The notes under the pieces were generated by a model, which worked only from the letters and a program-made list of their open reading frames with translations, did no database searches and had not been told where the DNA came from. A stretch of DNA of 64,000 nt from Lingula anatina. Its lineage: Eukaryota; Animalia; Brachiopoda. The position numbers and the translations under genes were made by a program. Positions 34,992 through 49,900 of this stretch are shown here, piece by piece (positions within the stretch are counted from its first letter, which is position 1; each line of letters starts with the position of its first letter). The stretch is taken from NCBI GenBank assembly GCA_051362555.1, contig CM120640.1:12524001-12588000 (forward strand), in the 5' to 3' direction.

Positions 34992-37900
34992 CTACAACCG
35001 TGTATCCTTGTATTTCTCCATCCTCTTTGGTTGTCCCTTAGACCTACTTCCTGTAGACACGTTACTCTGCTCAGAAGAAGAATGCTCACTGTTTTTGTGA
35101 CTGGACAATTTACCAGCTTTCCTGCTGACCAAATTAGAATTTGATTTTTGAATTGCGCTAAATTCCTCAATGAAGCTTGCAGGTACTAAACCTCTCCTGC
35201 CATTTACCTGGAAGCAGACAGCATCTATAGTAAATTATTTCACATCATTTTGGCATCTTTGAAGACAAAAATTATAATTTTAAACAGTCATGTATTTGCT
35301 ATGTGTTGAATAAATTCTTTAATCTTTATGCTGATTTCCATACAAATGGCTATATATATGTGGCCCTGTGAGTATTCTTCACAAACCTGCACCCACAACC
35401 TACCTCAGCAAAGAAGAAACCATCGGCTCTTTGGAGACCAAATGTTGTAATAACATCCCCTGCCTTAATGACCAATTCATATGCAGAGACTTTGTTTGGG
35501 GACTGCCGAGAAGGTATGTAGTCATATACAGCTACAAACTGAAGCAAATATCAAACAAAATTAATATGCTATTACACTTATTTATATTTCTTCACTTGAT
35601 TATGATGTTTATAAAAGACAAAGAAGAGTTGACATGTGAAAGCAGCAGTGAAGGAGCATACTAAAAGTCATAATTATATATACAGTGGACTCTAAGTTTA
35701 TGTAGATTTTTTTGTTGTAAAACAGTATTTGTGAGATGTGCTTGAAAGACATCAATCTCTTCCTATAAACACCATTTCTGTACCAAGACACTTACAATTC
35801 TTCTCTCTCCTTTCCTGTAATGATCATCATTAGACACAAACGAGGCTACATCATCGTCATCATCCACGTCCCCATCCTCCTCAGTGGCTGAGTGTGGTGG
35901 CATACTATTACGAGATGCTGCACGAGGAAACTCCCCAAGCATGAGATCAGTGGTGGCAGACATGCGTCCATTCTCTGCCAGAGTTTGTATGCTGAACTGC
36001 ACTGGTCGGCGCAAGTTCTGGTTCTCTATAAGCACCTTGCACTGATGTGGACTCCTGACCACCTCTGCCTCACGACCATTGACAAGAATCTACAATACAA
36101 TAACATATATATTTATGTATATATATTTTTAAAGAATATAATGAGAACAATAGGTTTTCATGGATTCACAACAAAACGGTATGCATTAAAAAATCTAACC
36201 CAAAAAGAGTTGAAAAATGTTTCATTCATGGATTTAATACTTTTTAAAAATATAATATTCAAATTTAATATATCATTTATTTAAAAGAATCTGAGTCAAA
36301 AAGACTCCAAATTAATGACATAAAGACTCTTCAAGAAAGATATTCTGATATTTAGATCTACCTTGTATCCTTTGACTATGGAGTCATTGTTTCTTCCAAA
36401 CTCATCCATCTCAGGAGGCTGCCAGCTCAGCAGAACACTGAGGTCACTGAGAATTTGTTCCATAGAGAACTGACTGGGAGGATCAGGATTACCTGGAAGG
36501 AACAATTAGTTCATTGTTTTAGGCTTAACTTCACCATTTTAGAGATAATTCTCCAATGTTCTCATGACATTAATTTTTGTTTTCTTTGATAATTTATGTT
36601 AAAAGTATCTTAACCAGGATTTTCACAGATCGTTTAAGGATCTTAGGTTCAGAAGGAAATACTGATATCAGATAAGATAGAGAACAAATACAATTACAAA
36701 ACTTAAAAAGGGGAAAAATCAATATACCATACCTGCAGTCCTCTGGCTGACTCTAGATCTAGTGGTTGGGTGGTAAGAGTTATTAGATCTTCTATCAGTG
36801 TTGTTTGAATTCAATGGAAAGTTTGAACCAGAAAGACCACTGTAAGCCTGCTGCTGATCCACATGGCCCAGTCCATTTCTCAGGCTTGCACCATTTGGAG
36901 AAACTAAATCATTTGATGGCACTGTTTGCAAATAATTCCCCAAAGATGACTGCCCATTGGCAGTCTGCTGTTGTTGTGGTTGTAACTGGTTGAAAGGAGA
37001 CATGTTTTGGTTCATGATGGAAGGGGGAGGCAACTGTAAGCTTTGGCTCAGTGATAGAGCCAGGTTGACTGGCAGTTGCTGCTCCACCATGTTGTCTCCT
37101 GTCTCAAACCCGTGGCCAATGGGGTAAGGTCCTGGGTGGAAGGCTTGTTCTAAGGCACTATGCATCCCCAGGATCTGCTCAGGACTTGTGTCAAGGTGAG
37201 ACGGCAATGCCTGAAGCAAGCACAAAAACACATTACAGGGATATAGATCATGATGATGATGATGATGATGTTCAGGGCTTAAATCTTTCCAATGTGATGT
37301 AACAGTCCCACATGCCAAGCTGCTTTATGTATTTTCATACACTAGGTTATATAGCAAAGTGCCATTTTATACTCTCCTTGTGTATCAATTCTACAAAAAT
37401 TCAATATAAAAGTATTTGAAGAATTATCTATTTTCCTATTTAATATTTGCAATAACTGAAACACAATTATATTTGTTTAAAAGATTCTAAACTATTGCTT
37501 TAAATTTCATGGTTAATTGCTTTAAAGGTGGTTTGATAGGTAGAAAAACTGGTCCCCATTGGATCTCCCAGTGGTTCACATACCAGTTCCCCTGGCCTGC
37601 TCCTCTCTCTCCTGGTGTCATCCACAGTTCTCTCAGTATAGACTGGCTGGAGATAGGAAGCAGGGACCAGCCCAACACGTCCTCCAAGCCTTGTCTCATA
37701 ATAACCATCCTGGTCTGGTGGGCCTAAAGCATAGGATATTAATAATTTGGCCAATTTGCTTAGCAAACAACTATATCCACTTCAAACTATAAATAGAATT
37801 AAGTCAGGTAAAAAATTAAAATTTTAATACATTTTTTCTAGGTTGTTCCACTTTTCAAACACAATATATTAAATATAATTACTTGGCAACAGTTTCTCTA

Positions 37901-40900
37901 AATAATATAAAACTGCAAATAATTTTATTTAATTTTTCCTCATACCTAGCACCTGCACTAGCTCCCCCTCTTTAAGTGGCAATTCTAAATTTGGATGCCT
38001 GCTTTGTGAAAAAAGTTCAGGTCTGTAGTCAGAAACTGCTCTAAACAAATCTGTGTCTTCACCTCCGTGTGGCTTTTGCTTGCCATGTTTTGATTTTCTC
38101 TTTTTCTCTGATGTCCTCTGGTGCGGTTCTGTTGGATGTCTCTTTATTCTTTCATTATTCAGCTGGCCGTGCTTTGATTTCACTCTCGTGGTGTAAGGTA
38201 GGTCATCAAAGTCACTAGCTGTGGCCACTGATGTTTCTCCCGAGTGGTCAGAATGGTCATCCAGTGACCACACCATACTGTCCATCTCAGTCTGGTCATC
38301 TGTTGTCTGGTGGTCATGGCTGTCATTCTTGGTGTTGGACTTTTTTGCCTTTTTTGGTGGACTGGAGCTGCAGCTTGAAAACTGAAATGTACCATTAGTA
38401 TTTAATTCAGGGTGTCTAGTACAAGTAGAACTTTTAAAGGCATGATACAGTACAATGCAAAATATCACAGGCAAATTTGATAAAATTCATTTCAATAAAT
38501 AAATCGTCTAAATAAAAAAAATGGCCCCAAAGATTTTCACTGTTAATAAATGTGAAAAACTTTAATCTTAAGTGAAAATTAAGTGAAACATGCATTTCAA
38601 GACCTCTACATGGTAGATATACAATACAATTAATTATTCTCTTCTATCAAACAAAACTCAACTTTGTTGCATTCCATCAAGTAAAACTATAAACTGTCAG
38701 TTATCTTAAGGATGCCGAGGGTATCAACAAAGTCAAACTGTGTCTTTACACACAAAAAAAAATGAGCACACACTCTATGTCACATTTGCAGAACTGTCTT
38801 ATATCATTTTTAATTATTGTTAATTTCCTTTCACACTACAGTATAAAACAGCCTGAATAATGGGGTATGGCAGAATGTATGCAAATGACAAAAAAGTGTA
38901 CATCAATGACATGGCTCAGAGTGACTTTTTTTTTTTTTTTTGGAATAACCCAACTGCATCTCACCTTCTCTGAAGAACGTCTATCACTGCCATTACTTGA
39001 AGTTTCCAGCTCATGCTCTATCTTGGAAACAAGGCGGCCATGCATTCCACAATTACTCATGTCTTTAGCAGCTCGATGCAGAAGGTTGTCCTAATCAAAT
39101 ATAGAACTCATCACACTAGCTATTTACATGCAGTGTCTTTAGGTGGCAAAACACTACAGGGGTTATTATTTTGAAAGGAATGCAAGATGTTAATTCACTA
39201 GGAAACCTTCTCAATCACAGTTTATTTTTATCAGTCTATATGCAGTTAAACAGGGGTAACTGCATTCAAGTGCATATCAAACAGATGTGCATAGAAAATG
39301 CAGCAATCAGGCCATACAACATTACAAGTGACAAATGCATTTAGGATTTACATTTTATGCATTCAAAACCTACATTAACTCATGAATATAAATAACATGC
39401 AAATGCAAATTCCACATGTCAAATAAAATCTAATGCCCTACCTTCTGCTTGCATTTTTTGGCCAATCTTGTAACTTTGGCTTTCAAAGGTGTCATGGTAT
39501 TGTTGGCTTTGGATAGCTCTTCTTTCTGTTATGAACAATAAATATCACTAAGAACATAATTATCGTTCAAATACCATGTGAGCTGGCATCTTAATTTATT
39601 TTAGTAGTTGGTTTTGATACAAACAATCAAGTAATCAAAGAAACCTATTTTCTTATAAACAATTATTTTCATAATATAGATTGACAACAGGGTCATTTCC
39701 TAAAAGAAATCCAAACAGATTTAATATTATACCTTATCTCTTAACTCCTCTAAAGTGTTATTGAGTCGTATTCTCAGTTCTTTTTGTTCTGCTTCTAACT
39801 GAGCTTGTGCAGTGACACTCTGCCCATCTTCTTCCGTTCTACTGGGACTAATCTTAGCAGACAATGACCCATCTGGAGGCGAGGCTTCCCGAGACTTCAG
39901 ACCAGACTTTTCTGGTGTCTTGTGCTGCTTCATCTCAGCCTCGAGACGCTCAACCTTTTCTTGTTTGTCTTTGAGTTTCTTATTCAGTTGGTCTATTTCA
40001 ATATTCTGAATGAATAAATTGAAATTGTTGTGAAAGTTGAGAATAGTAGCACCAAGGCAATGCAGATAGAATCTAAAATATCTAAGGCATCATATTTTCA
40101 AATTTAGGTATTCAACTGAACATATTTGCAAAATACTAGACAATATTTCTAAACGATATAATATTTGAAAAGAAAATAATTTCACTTTAACTTATAAATT
40201 CACATTACATGATAAGGTGGGTGTACTGCCTATAAAACACAACCAAAATCAATGGGCTGCTACCTTTGAGAAAAGCTCCTGTTCTTTGTTCTGCAGCTCT
40301 TTCTTGAGTTGGTGTTCCTCCCTGCTTGTCTCCAGCCAGTCCAGCATGTTCTTCTCTGACGTTCTTCCTGTGTCTGCTAGCCGCTCTCTCTGCATCCTGT
40401 GGAGACTAGGCAGGGGGCTGTCTGGACCAACTAGGTTCTGGAGTTTACAAAATAATTTTAAGTCATCATGATAAATGTTTCTAGATCTTCAGTTTAAAAA
40501 TATACCCTTAACATTACTTGTTATTTTCATATTTAACTACATTTAAACACTGTTACAATTACAACTTTCAAATGATAAGTGAATTTGCTAATAGTGTTTC
40601 ATCAAAATTGAATCAATATAACATTCCATGACCTAGATGTTTCACTGGAAAAAAACACTGTTTTGTGACAAAGGAACTTTTAACATTTTTCAATGACCTA
40701 CCTTTGAGCGAACAAGTCTGTCCAGGCGAGAAATTTCTTCTTGGGCAAAGGTCAGTTCTCTTCTCTTTTCCGCAAGTTCTTTTTCCAGTTTCAAGATCTG
40801 ATCCCTCTGGTCTTTTACAATTTTCTCTTTGACTTCAAGCTGTCTCTCCCTGTCTCTCAACTACAAATAATGATAAAATATTCATACAGGTATACTCTCA

Positions 40901-43900
40901 TCAAAATAAGAGAGGTTCAATAAAAATACTACTGGATAATTACTAGGCACCATTTACAAAATTTAAGAAACATGCAACTCAATGCACATACAGAACAAGT
41001 GGCAAGATGGTGGTCCACTCAACTAAAATAAACTTGGATTGCAATAACAGTAAAGAACTTACCTTGGCCTTCCACATGGCCAGATCACTAGCACCTTTGG
41101 CACCAGACGCAGGCAAACTATCCTTGAACAGACTCAGTTCACTCTCTTGGTTCTACAAAACAAGCACAAAACATTTTACATAATTTCAGTAACTTCATGA
41201 TGATATAGCAACAGAGATAAGAAACTTATTCAGTGCCAACATGTAGGCACTTTTATCAATTGCAGCAATGCATGGTTGAGGAGGTAATGAATGGAAAGAA
41301 TCCACATCTGATTCTTTGATGGTAAAAAATCTTTAAGGAAAGTAGGGAAAAAATATGAAACAAATATCAGTGAGAAGACTCAACAGCCTTTTTATTAAGA
41401 CACTGTGAAAGGCAAAATAGGCAGAAAAATTTCCCCAGGACAAAGTTTATCTCCTCACCTTCAGTTTCCTCTCCAACCCCTCCACTTTAGTCTCCCAGTC
41501 TTTGATCTCCTTGGCATGGACTCTCTCCAGGAGGATCACGTCAGGGTTCAGCTGGTCTATGTGGGACCTACGCTTCAGCCAGGAGGGAGTGGGAGGTTTA
41601 GGAGGTACTGGTGGTCTGTAACCTGGATGAAAACAGTAAGGTATAATTTAAAATAAAGGTTGGGTTCAAAAGGAGATATTCTTACATAACAAGATTGGCT
41701 GACCTTAATTTTATTTTTTTTATTTTTTATTTTTATTTTTTTTTTTGGTCTATATGATCCCATTCAATCCTGAAACTGATTTTAACCCCATGGGGAGTTT
41801 ACAACACAAGCTGCTGCATATGCCATTATGTGCTTATTTCAAAATGATCAAAATGACATGGTTTGAAAACCAAGACCTACCTTTAGGTGGTGTGGCTGGT
41901 GTAGACACAGAGCCAGTCACACCAGAGGTGGGTGGTGAGGGAGGTTTGGACTTGGGTAAAGGTGGTGGTACCCGTCCTGACAGTGGGATGTCCTCAGCCA
42001 AACTGGGAGCTTCATCTGCACTGTCAACATCTCCCTCTGGGACCTGAGTACTTGGAAGATAAAATGAATCCTCAATAACACTTCCATCAGCATGTGTTGC
42101 TTTCCCTGGTATAACTGGGGGTTTACTGGAAGGCACTGCAGGGGCTGGGCCACTTTCACTGGGTGCAGAACTCACTGCTGTGGTCTTCTCAATATGGCCC
42201 CACAGGTCGCTAAGCTCAGCCAGTTTAGAGGTGGAAGACTTGTTTGTATTTTCAATTTGTTTCCACTCCATTTCTTCAATGACTCCTGGTCCTGCTGGAG
42301 AGCTCATAGATGGAGCCACTGCAGACAGCAGCGGGACGTCTTCTAATGGAAGCTGGTCTACAAAGTCCACGATGGCTTGACTTCTTGGAGTTAAGTTACT
42401 ATCTGGTGATTGGATGTCTGGTGGTAATGTTATATTTTCCAGTTTAACATCTCCTGACTGAAAAGAGAAAGTAGTCAACAATTTATTTTTCTAAAAACAA
42501 AATATCATCTTAAAACTTTGTTAATGTTGGCAATGTGAGTTTTCCCCCATCTCATGGTTTATAGAAAATATCAGTTAACTTGGGGCCATACTGGGCAGTT
42601 TCAAAATTTAGTTTCACCCATTAAATTTAGCTCTTATTCACTTATAGTATTCTGCCAGATATAATTATCACTTTTAATGGATGAACAGTGCCCTCAAATA
42701 TCAAAGTGAATGTTTTGATTCATCTAGTTGTATAATATATAGATAATGATGGAAATGAAATTGACACTCACACTGGATCTAACCTTTGAAACAGCAGTCA
42801 TAAAGAATATTTCATTTCTATCATCATCTCATTGCCATTAAAATGTACATTATATTCTGTAGTTTCCTTTGCTTTTTGTACAGTACCTATTTATAGTGAT
42901 GAGGACTCAAAGGATGTGATTAACATACTGTAACTGTACAAGCAAAAAACCTTTATATAATGTGCAACACAAAAGTGATTTTCCTATCAGAGGACATCAC
43001 CTCCAGTAGTTTATTATGTGGGAAGCATACAGTGCAGCATCACCCATGACTTACCCAACCCTGGCAGGCCAATCATATATACAGATGTATATTACAGTCA
43101 TCAAAATAAACAATTTTTTTAAAATTTACACCATATAACACTTTCAATCTTTAATCAGGATTTAAAATAAAACTGTCATGGGTAATTGTAATGTGAAAGT
43201 TGTAATTATAAAAGTGTTTAAATGTAGTTAAATATTCATCAACATGAATCAGAAGAAAATCATTTGAGTAGTTAATTATAAAAAAGGAAATTACCTTGAC
43301 ACCTTGATATAATATTGTGAAATTTTCTCTCAGTTTGCTGTAATTATCCTGGAGCATGTCATAAGCCTACAATTGACAAAAAATAAAAATAAACATCAAT
43401 ATGGTTAACAAACAAAATATTATAGACATGCAAAGTCTTAAGACTTCAAATAGTCAGAAGCCAAATCTGTCAAATTTATTTAAACAGGGACAAGATCACG
43501 TCTAGGCTCACGTTCTAGGCTCAGCTTATCAACTCTAACAAAAACGCCAGGTATATTTTATTGTGGCAAAGAAAGAGTCAATTTGCCACAGTGTTGATAA
43601 AAATTTCAATCCATCTAAGAAGAATTTGCTAGCTTTTTGGTTAAAATCAAGTATATGAGACAGTGAGCCCAGAATATTTGTTTGAAGCTGATATATAGGT
43701 ATATAAATTATTAAGTTAGAGTGCATGAAAACTGTACCTATACTACAAATGTACATGCTAGACAAAAGCTTTATTTAACAAACTCACACTACACCTTGTA
43801 TAGTAGACTAAGACTGGGTTCCCATAGATTTAGATCGATCTATCCAGATCAACCTAACTCCTTAGGGGTTCATGCTAAATTGCTGTCAGGTTCCGAGAGC

Positions 43901-46900
43901 CGGGCGCGCCCAAAAGTTAATTGTAACCCCCTTACAGCTTTTGGTAGGCGGGACAGACATTTAAGGCGGTCAGGCTGACAACAATCTAGTGAGACTCCCC
44001 ACGGGATAGATCGATCTAAAAATCTATGGAAATGCACTCTAATATACATATTACCATAATACAAACTACGGCCAGGCTTGTGCTCAAGGTAGCACAATCA
44101 GAGCAACAGAGGGGATGGGAATGTGTTCGAAAGATACAAGTAAAAATCCACCAGTTACAGCAGCTATTTTATGCCAAAGTGGATGCTAAAAACAAATATG
44201 AGCTACACTTCACCTGGCTCCTTTGCTCTAGACATTGACCATGGTAGAATACAGAAACCACTCATTAGTAATTTGGTGTATGTGACAACCACTCCTCCTC
44301 CTCCACACTGGTGAATATCACATACACCTTGCTGACTGCTGGTGGATCTACTGCAGTCATCACACAGTTCATGTATAGAACACTATTACTAGGTAACACT
44401 CTACACACAAGACAATAGTGAAGTTCACAGCAAATGTCACAGTTGTGTGAACAGAGCTGTCTTCAACCCACACAGTGCCTGAAATACACTGTGGCAATAA
44501 TTTTGATAGGTCATATAGAATAATCCGCACCAAATGCCAACAGATTCATCTAGACTACATGTAAAATGACAGAAAGGAGGAATAATTGCAGACAGCATAT
44601 TTTTCAGAAAGCATTTAAAGTTCTAGAAGTGCTAGAAGATATTTACACTCACATGTTCACACACATTATTCTCACTAATTTACTACCACCACCACAGCTA
44701 TTAAAACCTATCAAACTCAATCTTGCTACTCTTCTACTACTTAACTCGTCTAACTTCTAAGCCTAAACTACTTCAGTCTACTCCAACACCACACTGACAA
44801 CATTACTACAGCCACTACAATAAGTAACACAATGTGCACCCAATACAACCACTACCTTGTGATTAGCTAACAAAACTCTGTGCAATGAACTGGTCTCCTG
44901 GAAAGGACACAAACCAAACAAAATCATGCTGTTACTTATTACTGCAGAGCATTTTTCAGAGTAATTATGTTATAGACATGCAAGGAAAATTAATGAAAAA
45001 CATAATATAAGATGTATATAATAATGTTATAAAGAAGCATGTGCATAAATACAGTTAATATGAAGTACTATGTATAAAGAAACATCCTTTTATATGACTA
45101 AATTTTTTTCTGAACAAAGAGTGAGCATTTGAGTTCACAACCACAACTAATGTATAATGATATAATGATAAATGGTGTCTTCCATTATTTCAAATGTATA
45201 CTAATACTTGTGTTGATATATATTGGAAAGAAGGGAAATTACCACAAAGAAATAGCTCGATCTTCACCCCTCACTATTCACTGACATAGTGAACAGATGT
45301 CAAAAGCATTTGGGCAGAGCAAATTTTTGCATGAGCTAAAATCATCCACCAGTTGATATGAAATCAGTCTTTCTTAAATCCATTCAAGATGTGGACATGA
45401 TGATATATCACATAAAATGGCTTGTGCTCTTATTCATTTCACATTTGCTGCTGGAGTCAAAATCATTTTGATTGTTGGATAAGAGTTCTTTTTTCTCATA
45501 GCAATATAAGAATATCTAAGTACATCTATAATTCCCCACTAAAGCTGAGGTTACTTCCTCAGTATTGGTCAGTAATCAATGTTCACAGTTCTGAGTTTAT
45601 CTGTTATTATATACAAGTGTATAGAGCACACAGCAAGCCTAGGGAAGGCAGCAGTGCATGGAGCTTTTACATAATTAATGAGGGTTAATTAACTGGCACC
45701 AATCAATAAGTGTAATATTGCAAGAATAATAGGCACTTGTTACATGTAGTCACATGTAGGAATACTTCTCAAATTACAGAGGAAAAGGGCCTTGTTACAG
45801 GCAATTGCCTTTTAGACCTTGGCACAACTCCCAAGTTTTCATCTTGGTCCAAAAGTGAAAGCTGGTATTTCAAGGACAACATATCTTTCTTAACAATTTC
45901 CCCTTTTTTATCATTTTTTTATGCTGAATTATATTTTTTAACAGTTAGCTGAATGTGGTTAAAGGACACATAAATCAAATATATAGGGATAAAATTGAAT
46001 GTGTAAAAAACTTCAATCCCATTTTCAACCCAAGAACATGAAATTTGATATGCATAAAAACATTTTCGTTTAACAATTCTCTCAACATGAGAGATCCATT
46101 ACTTTACCTTTTCTAAAGCTTTCAACCTGTTCACTTCATCCTTAAGGTCCTTCAGTTGTCCCTCGTGGCCACACACATCCTACAAGAATCGAAGATTTTT
46201 TGCTGTTGATTCTTTACAAAATAATGACTTCTTAATTTTTTACCCTAAAATGTTTCAGGTACATCACCTCATATATAACATGTGAATTATCAGAACCTAC
46301 TGAAGCTCTTCAACTTTTTATGCAGGGACAAAAAAATTGCTGTTAAGTTAACTGTATTTTATTGTTGTGTGACGCATTCAGTGAATCACAAAATTAAGTC
46401 TACCCGTGACAGGTACTTTTCCAATTCAAATCAATTTCAAAAGACATCAAATAACACTACTGTAGGAACCAAAGTGTACATTTTTTATTTGTGTTCTGGC
46501 TGGTTACCATTGTAATCTGAGAAGAGTTAGTTTAAGTTCACATATCATGATTTGTCACTTACCGCTACAGATGTTTCTTTTTAACCAGTATAAAAAGAAA
46601 CAAGCTCAATAACCAGACAGCTGTTACAGTAAATGGGAAAACTAGGAGATTTATGCTACAGTAAACAAACCAGTTTAATACATTTGCTGATTTAAATCAG
46701 AGGGTACCTCTACCACTTAAATCAAGGGCAACCTGCATAGTACCTAGCCTTAACCTATACAAACTTGGTAACAAACTTACTTCCCCTACTACATACAAAT
46801 ACCAACCTTTCCTTCCCTCAGCTGCTGTACAGTCTCCTTCAACCTTGCCTCAGACTTCTCAAGCCTTGTTACAGTCTTCTCTGCCTCCTCCACCCAGGCT

Positions 46901-49900
46901 TTCTGTGCTCTCAGCTCTGACAGCTCTTTGGCCAGGACCCTGACAAACCCATTAGACTTCCCTGGGTTCTCATATGCGACCAATTTTTCATTTAATGTCT
47001 GTATTTCTTGGTCCAAGTTTCTCACTTTCCTCTGCTGGTCGTCTATTTGCCTGTGTAACAAATGGTTCTCCTCCTCCAAGTTCTTAGCAGAGGTGACCTA
47101 CAAATCATTTCAAACAGATCAATTTCAACTGGTACACCGAAGGATATAATGCCCAACCAAAAAACCTTCAAAGGAGTGACCCCTGAACCCATGCTCATAT
47201 ATCATTAAAGAGAATAATGTAAGAAATGGCATACTCAATGCTCCTGACAAGCTGGGCAAGGCTGTAGTTGTGGTTCTTTTAGAGAATGGTTTAATTCAAA
47301 TTAAAGTGACTTTTCAATAAAATGTTTATGCACAACAATTTGTCAACAACCATTTAGTATTCAGAATGAGGGAACTGAAGACAGATTCTGATAAATGATA
47401 CTGCTAATTCTCTATAAAGTAAGGCTGCAATAAAAATTTATTATCTTCAAAGGCAATTTGCACTGCAAGAACAGTCAACCACGAAATGCCAAGGTGCTGG
47501 TGACCGAACACTGTCAGTCTAGTAACTTTTATTCTTTTTTTTTACATCTTTTGATAATTCACCCAACTTTTTAAAAACTAAGAATTGTTCAATTATTTTC
47601 AAGATAGAAACAAGATGCTATTAATAACCTGATAATTAATTGACACATCAAAATCCCCCCACCACACCCTTCAACATCTACAAAAAGGTAAAAAAAAAAA
47701 TGAAAGTTAAAAGGTAGTGGAGACAAAAAATGTTAAGTGATATCAGTAAATGTTCTTGTTGACCTAACTTGGCTTAGTGCTCAACTAAAACATTTACTTC
47801 AAAAACACCAGTTAGTATAAAAACATCTTGCCATTGGGGGCAACCTTGCCTTATCAACTTGAAAATACCAAGACAACAAATTATGTATAGATTTTTTTTT
47901 TTTTGAAAACTGCTATACTAACCAAAAACCCACCTATCAATATAGGAAACATTTCAACTAAACACAAGAAAATTAGTTTGCATGATCACTCTGGAGAAAT
48001 ACTATCTACTGAAGATGGTTATTCAAAAGTTAATTGTCATAATACAAAACCCTCATCAACATTCATGACGTCTCACTAAAATATAAAATGACCACTATAT
48101 TCTGATAGTTAGTTTTCCAGAATATGATAAGAAATCCATTTTAATGCAGTTATTACTAACTTACCCTATTTTCTGCTGTGGACACTGTAGCACCTAATTC
48201 TTGGATCTTATATTTGAGTTTCAGTTCACTGGACTCCAGAGCTACAATCTTTTCTTTCAGTACAGCCTCATGCTGTTCATGTTCCTGCAGTTTGTTCAGC
48301 AGTTCCATCTCTCGGGCACTGGTGTCAGAGAGAGAATCCTGCATGTTTCTGGATGTCGTTTGTAGAGCAACAATTTGTTTTTTCAAGGAACTTTCAACAT
48401 CTCCTGCCTTCTCCACCTCTTGCTGAAATTCTTGAAGTTGAATTTGCAAGTCTGAAACCTCAAATTTCAAATTTGCCTTTGTCTCCTCAAGTTGGTGAAC
48501 CTTCATCAAAGCAGTCTCGTTCCTATTCTCTAAATCAGTGTTGCGCCTTTCAAGGTCTTTTATACGATCTTGTGCTGCAGAGTCAGCATATTCTAATTGC
48601 ACAACTTTCCCCTCCAACACAATGTTATCATTTTCAAGTGTCCTTATTTTATTTGATAGTGATGTCTCTCTGTTAGTCATCTCCTCCAATTCTATGTTCA
48701 ACCTGTCACGGCTATTCTGTAACGCAATCTTCTCCTTCTCCATCTCCTGCAATCTGGTCAGCAGTTTCAACTCCACTTCCTGCAGTTCTTCTATTCTGAC
48801 AGCCTGAATATCTGCCTTGTTTTCAAATTCTTCCAAACTGAACTGGGAATCATTCAAACTGGTTGCCAATCTCTTCTCTGCATGTCTGGCATCTTGTAGT
48901 TGATCTTCCAAATCAGAGATCCTGTCCTCTAGTCGGTCTATTTGCGCATATAGGTCGTTCTCCTGGTCTTCATAGCGTGAAGCCTGAAGCTACAAAGAAA
49001 AAGAAATTATTGCCAATTTTTTTCTACAACAGTAAATTCACGAAAATGTCCCTAATATGGAGCTAGCTACATCACATGACCATAAATTATCTATTAATAG
49101 GTAATACTGGTGAATCCAAAATTTTATCTAAGAAGGAGCAGGGCATTACATGTGAAAATTTGATCAGTAAGTCTGCTGAAAAAAAGTGGTTCCAAAACAT
49201 TCTCCATGTAAACTCTGAGACATGATATGACATCTTAAGCCTTAGCCATTTTTATTTATAATAACGTTGAAGTGCAAAGTACCTGAAGGCTTCTCTCTGA
49301 CAGAGTCAACTCTCTGATTCTGACATTCAACTCATGGATGAGACTTTTATCTTTCCTGGCAATCTGATGAAGCTCTTCTCTGTCCTGCTCCAAGTCCATC
49401 ACCTGAAGATATTATCCCAAATTATAAAGTCAAATAAGTTGATCCCAATTCTTTTAATGAAATCCCCAATCAGTTATTATACTACATATTTCAAATTCAA
49501 CTCCAGGAATCGAATGCATCAATCATCTAATCAATTCTAAATCATTCTTTGATTACTTTAAATAAATTCTTCATTTTTTCTTTTGGTCAAAATGATACTT
49601 AACAACAGAAAAGAACACAAATATATTCTCTGTAAACAAATTATCAAATTACTGCCAGAGAGGTAATCAAGATTACTTCCAAACAGCAACAGTGCGTAAT
49701 GCATTTAACTTTGAAAATGATCTTTAAAACAAGTCAACATACTACTCAGTACACAATGTAAACAGTGTTACCTGCTGCCTGAGATGCCTGTCCATCTTCT
49801 CCAGCTCTTGTATCCTCTGTTTCAAGATGTCTTCTGGTGTATCCAACATGGTGACAGAGCTCAGGTGCAGGTTTGCTGGGTTTTGTTCTCTATCGTCTTC

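Noticed and set aside
43497-43523. Short tandem CACG(T)TCTAGGCT repeat
   Set aside because: Two units only; ordinary replication slippage.
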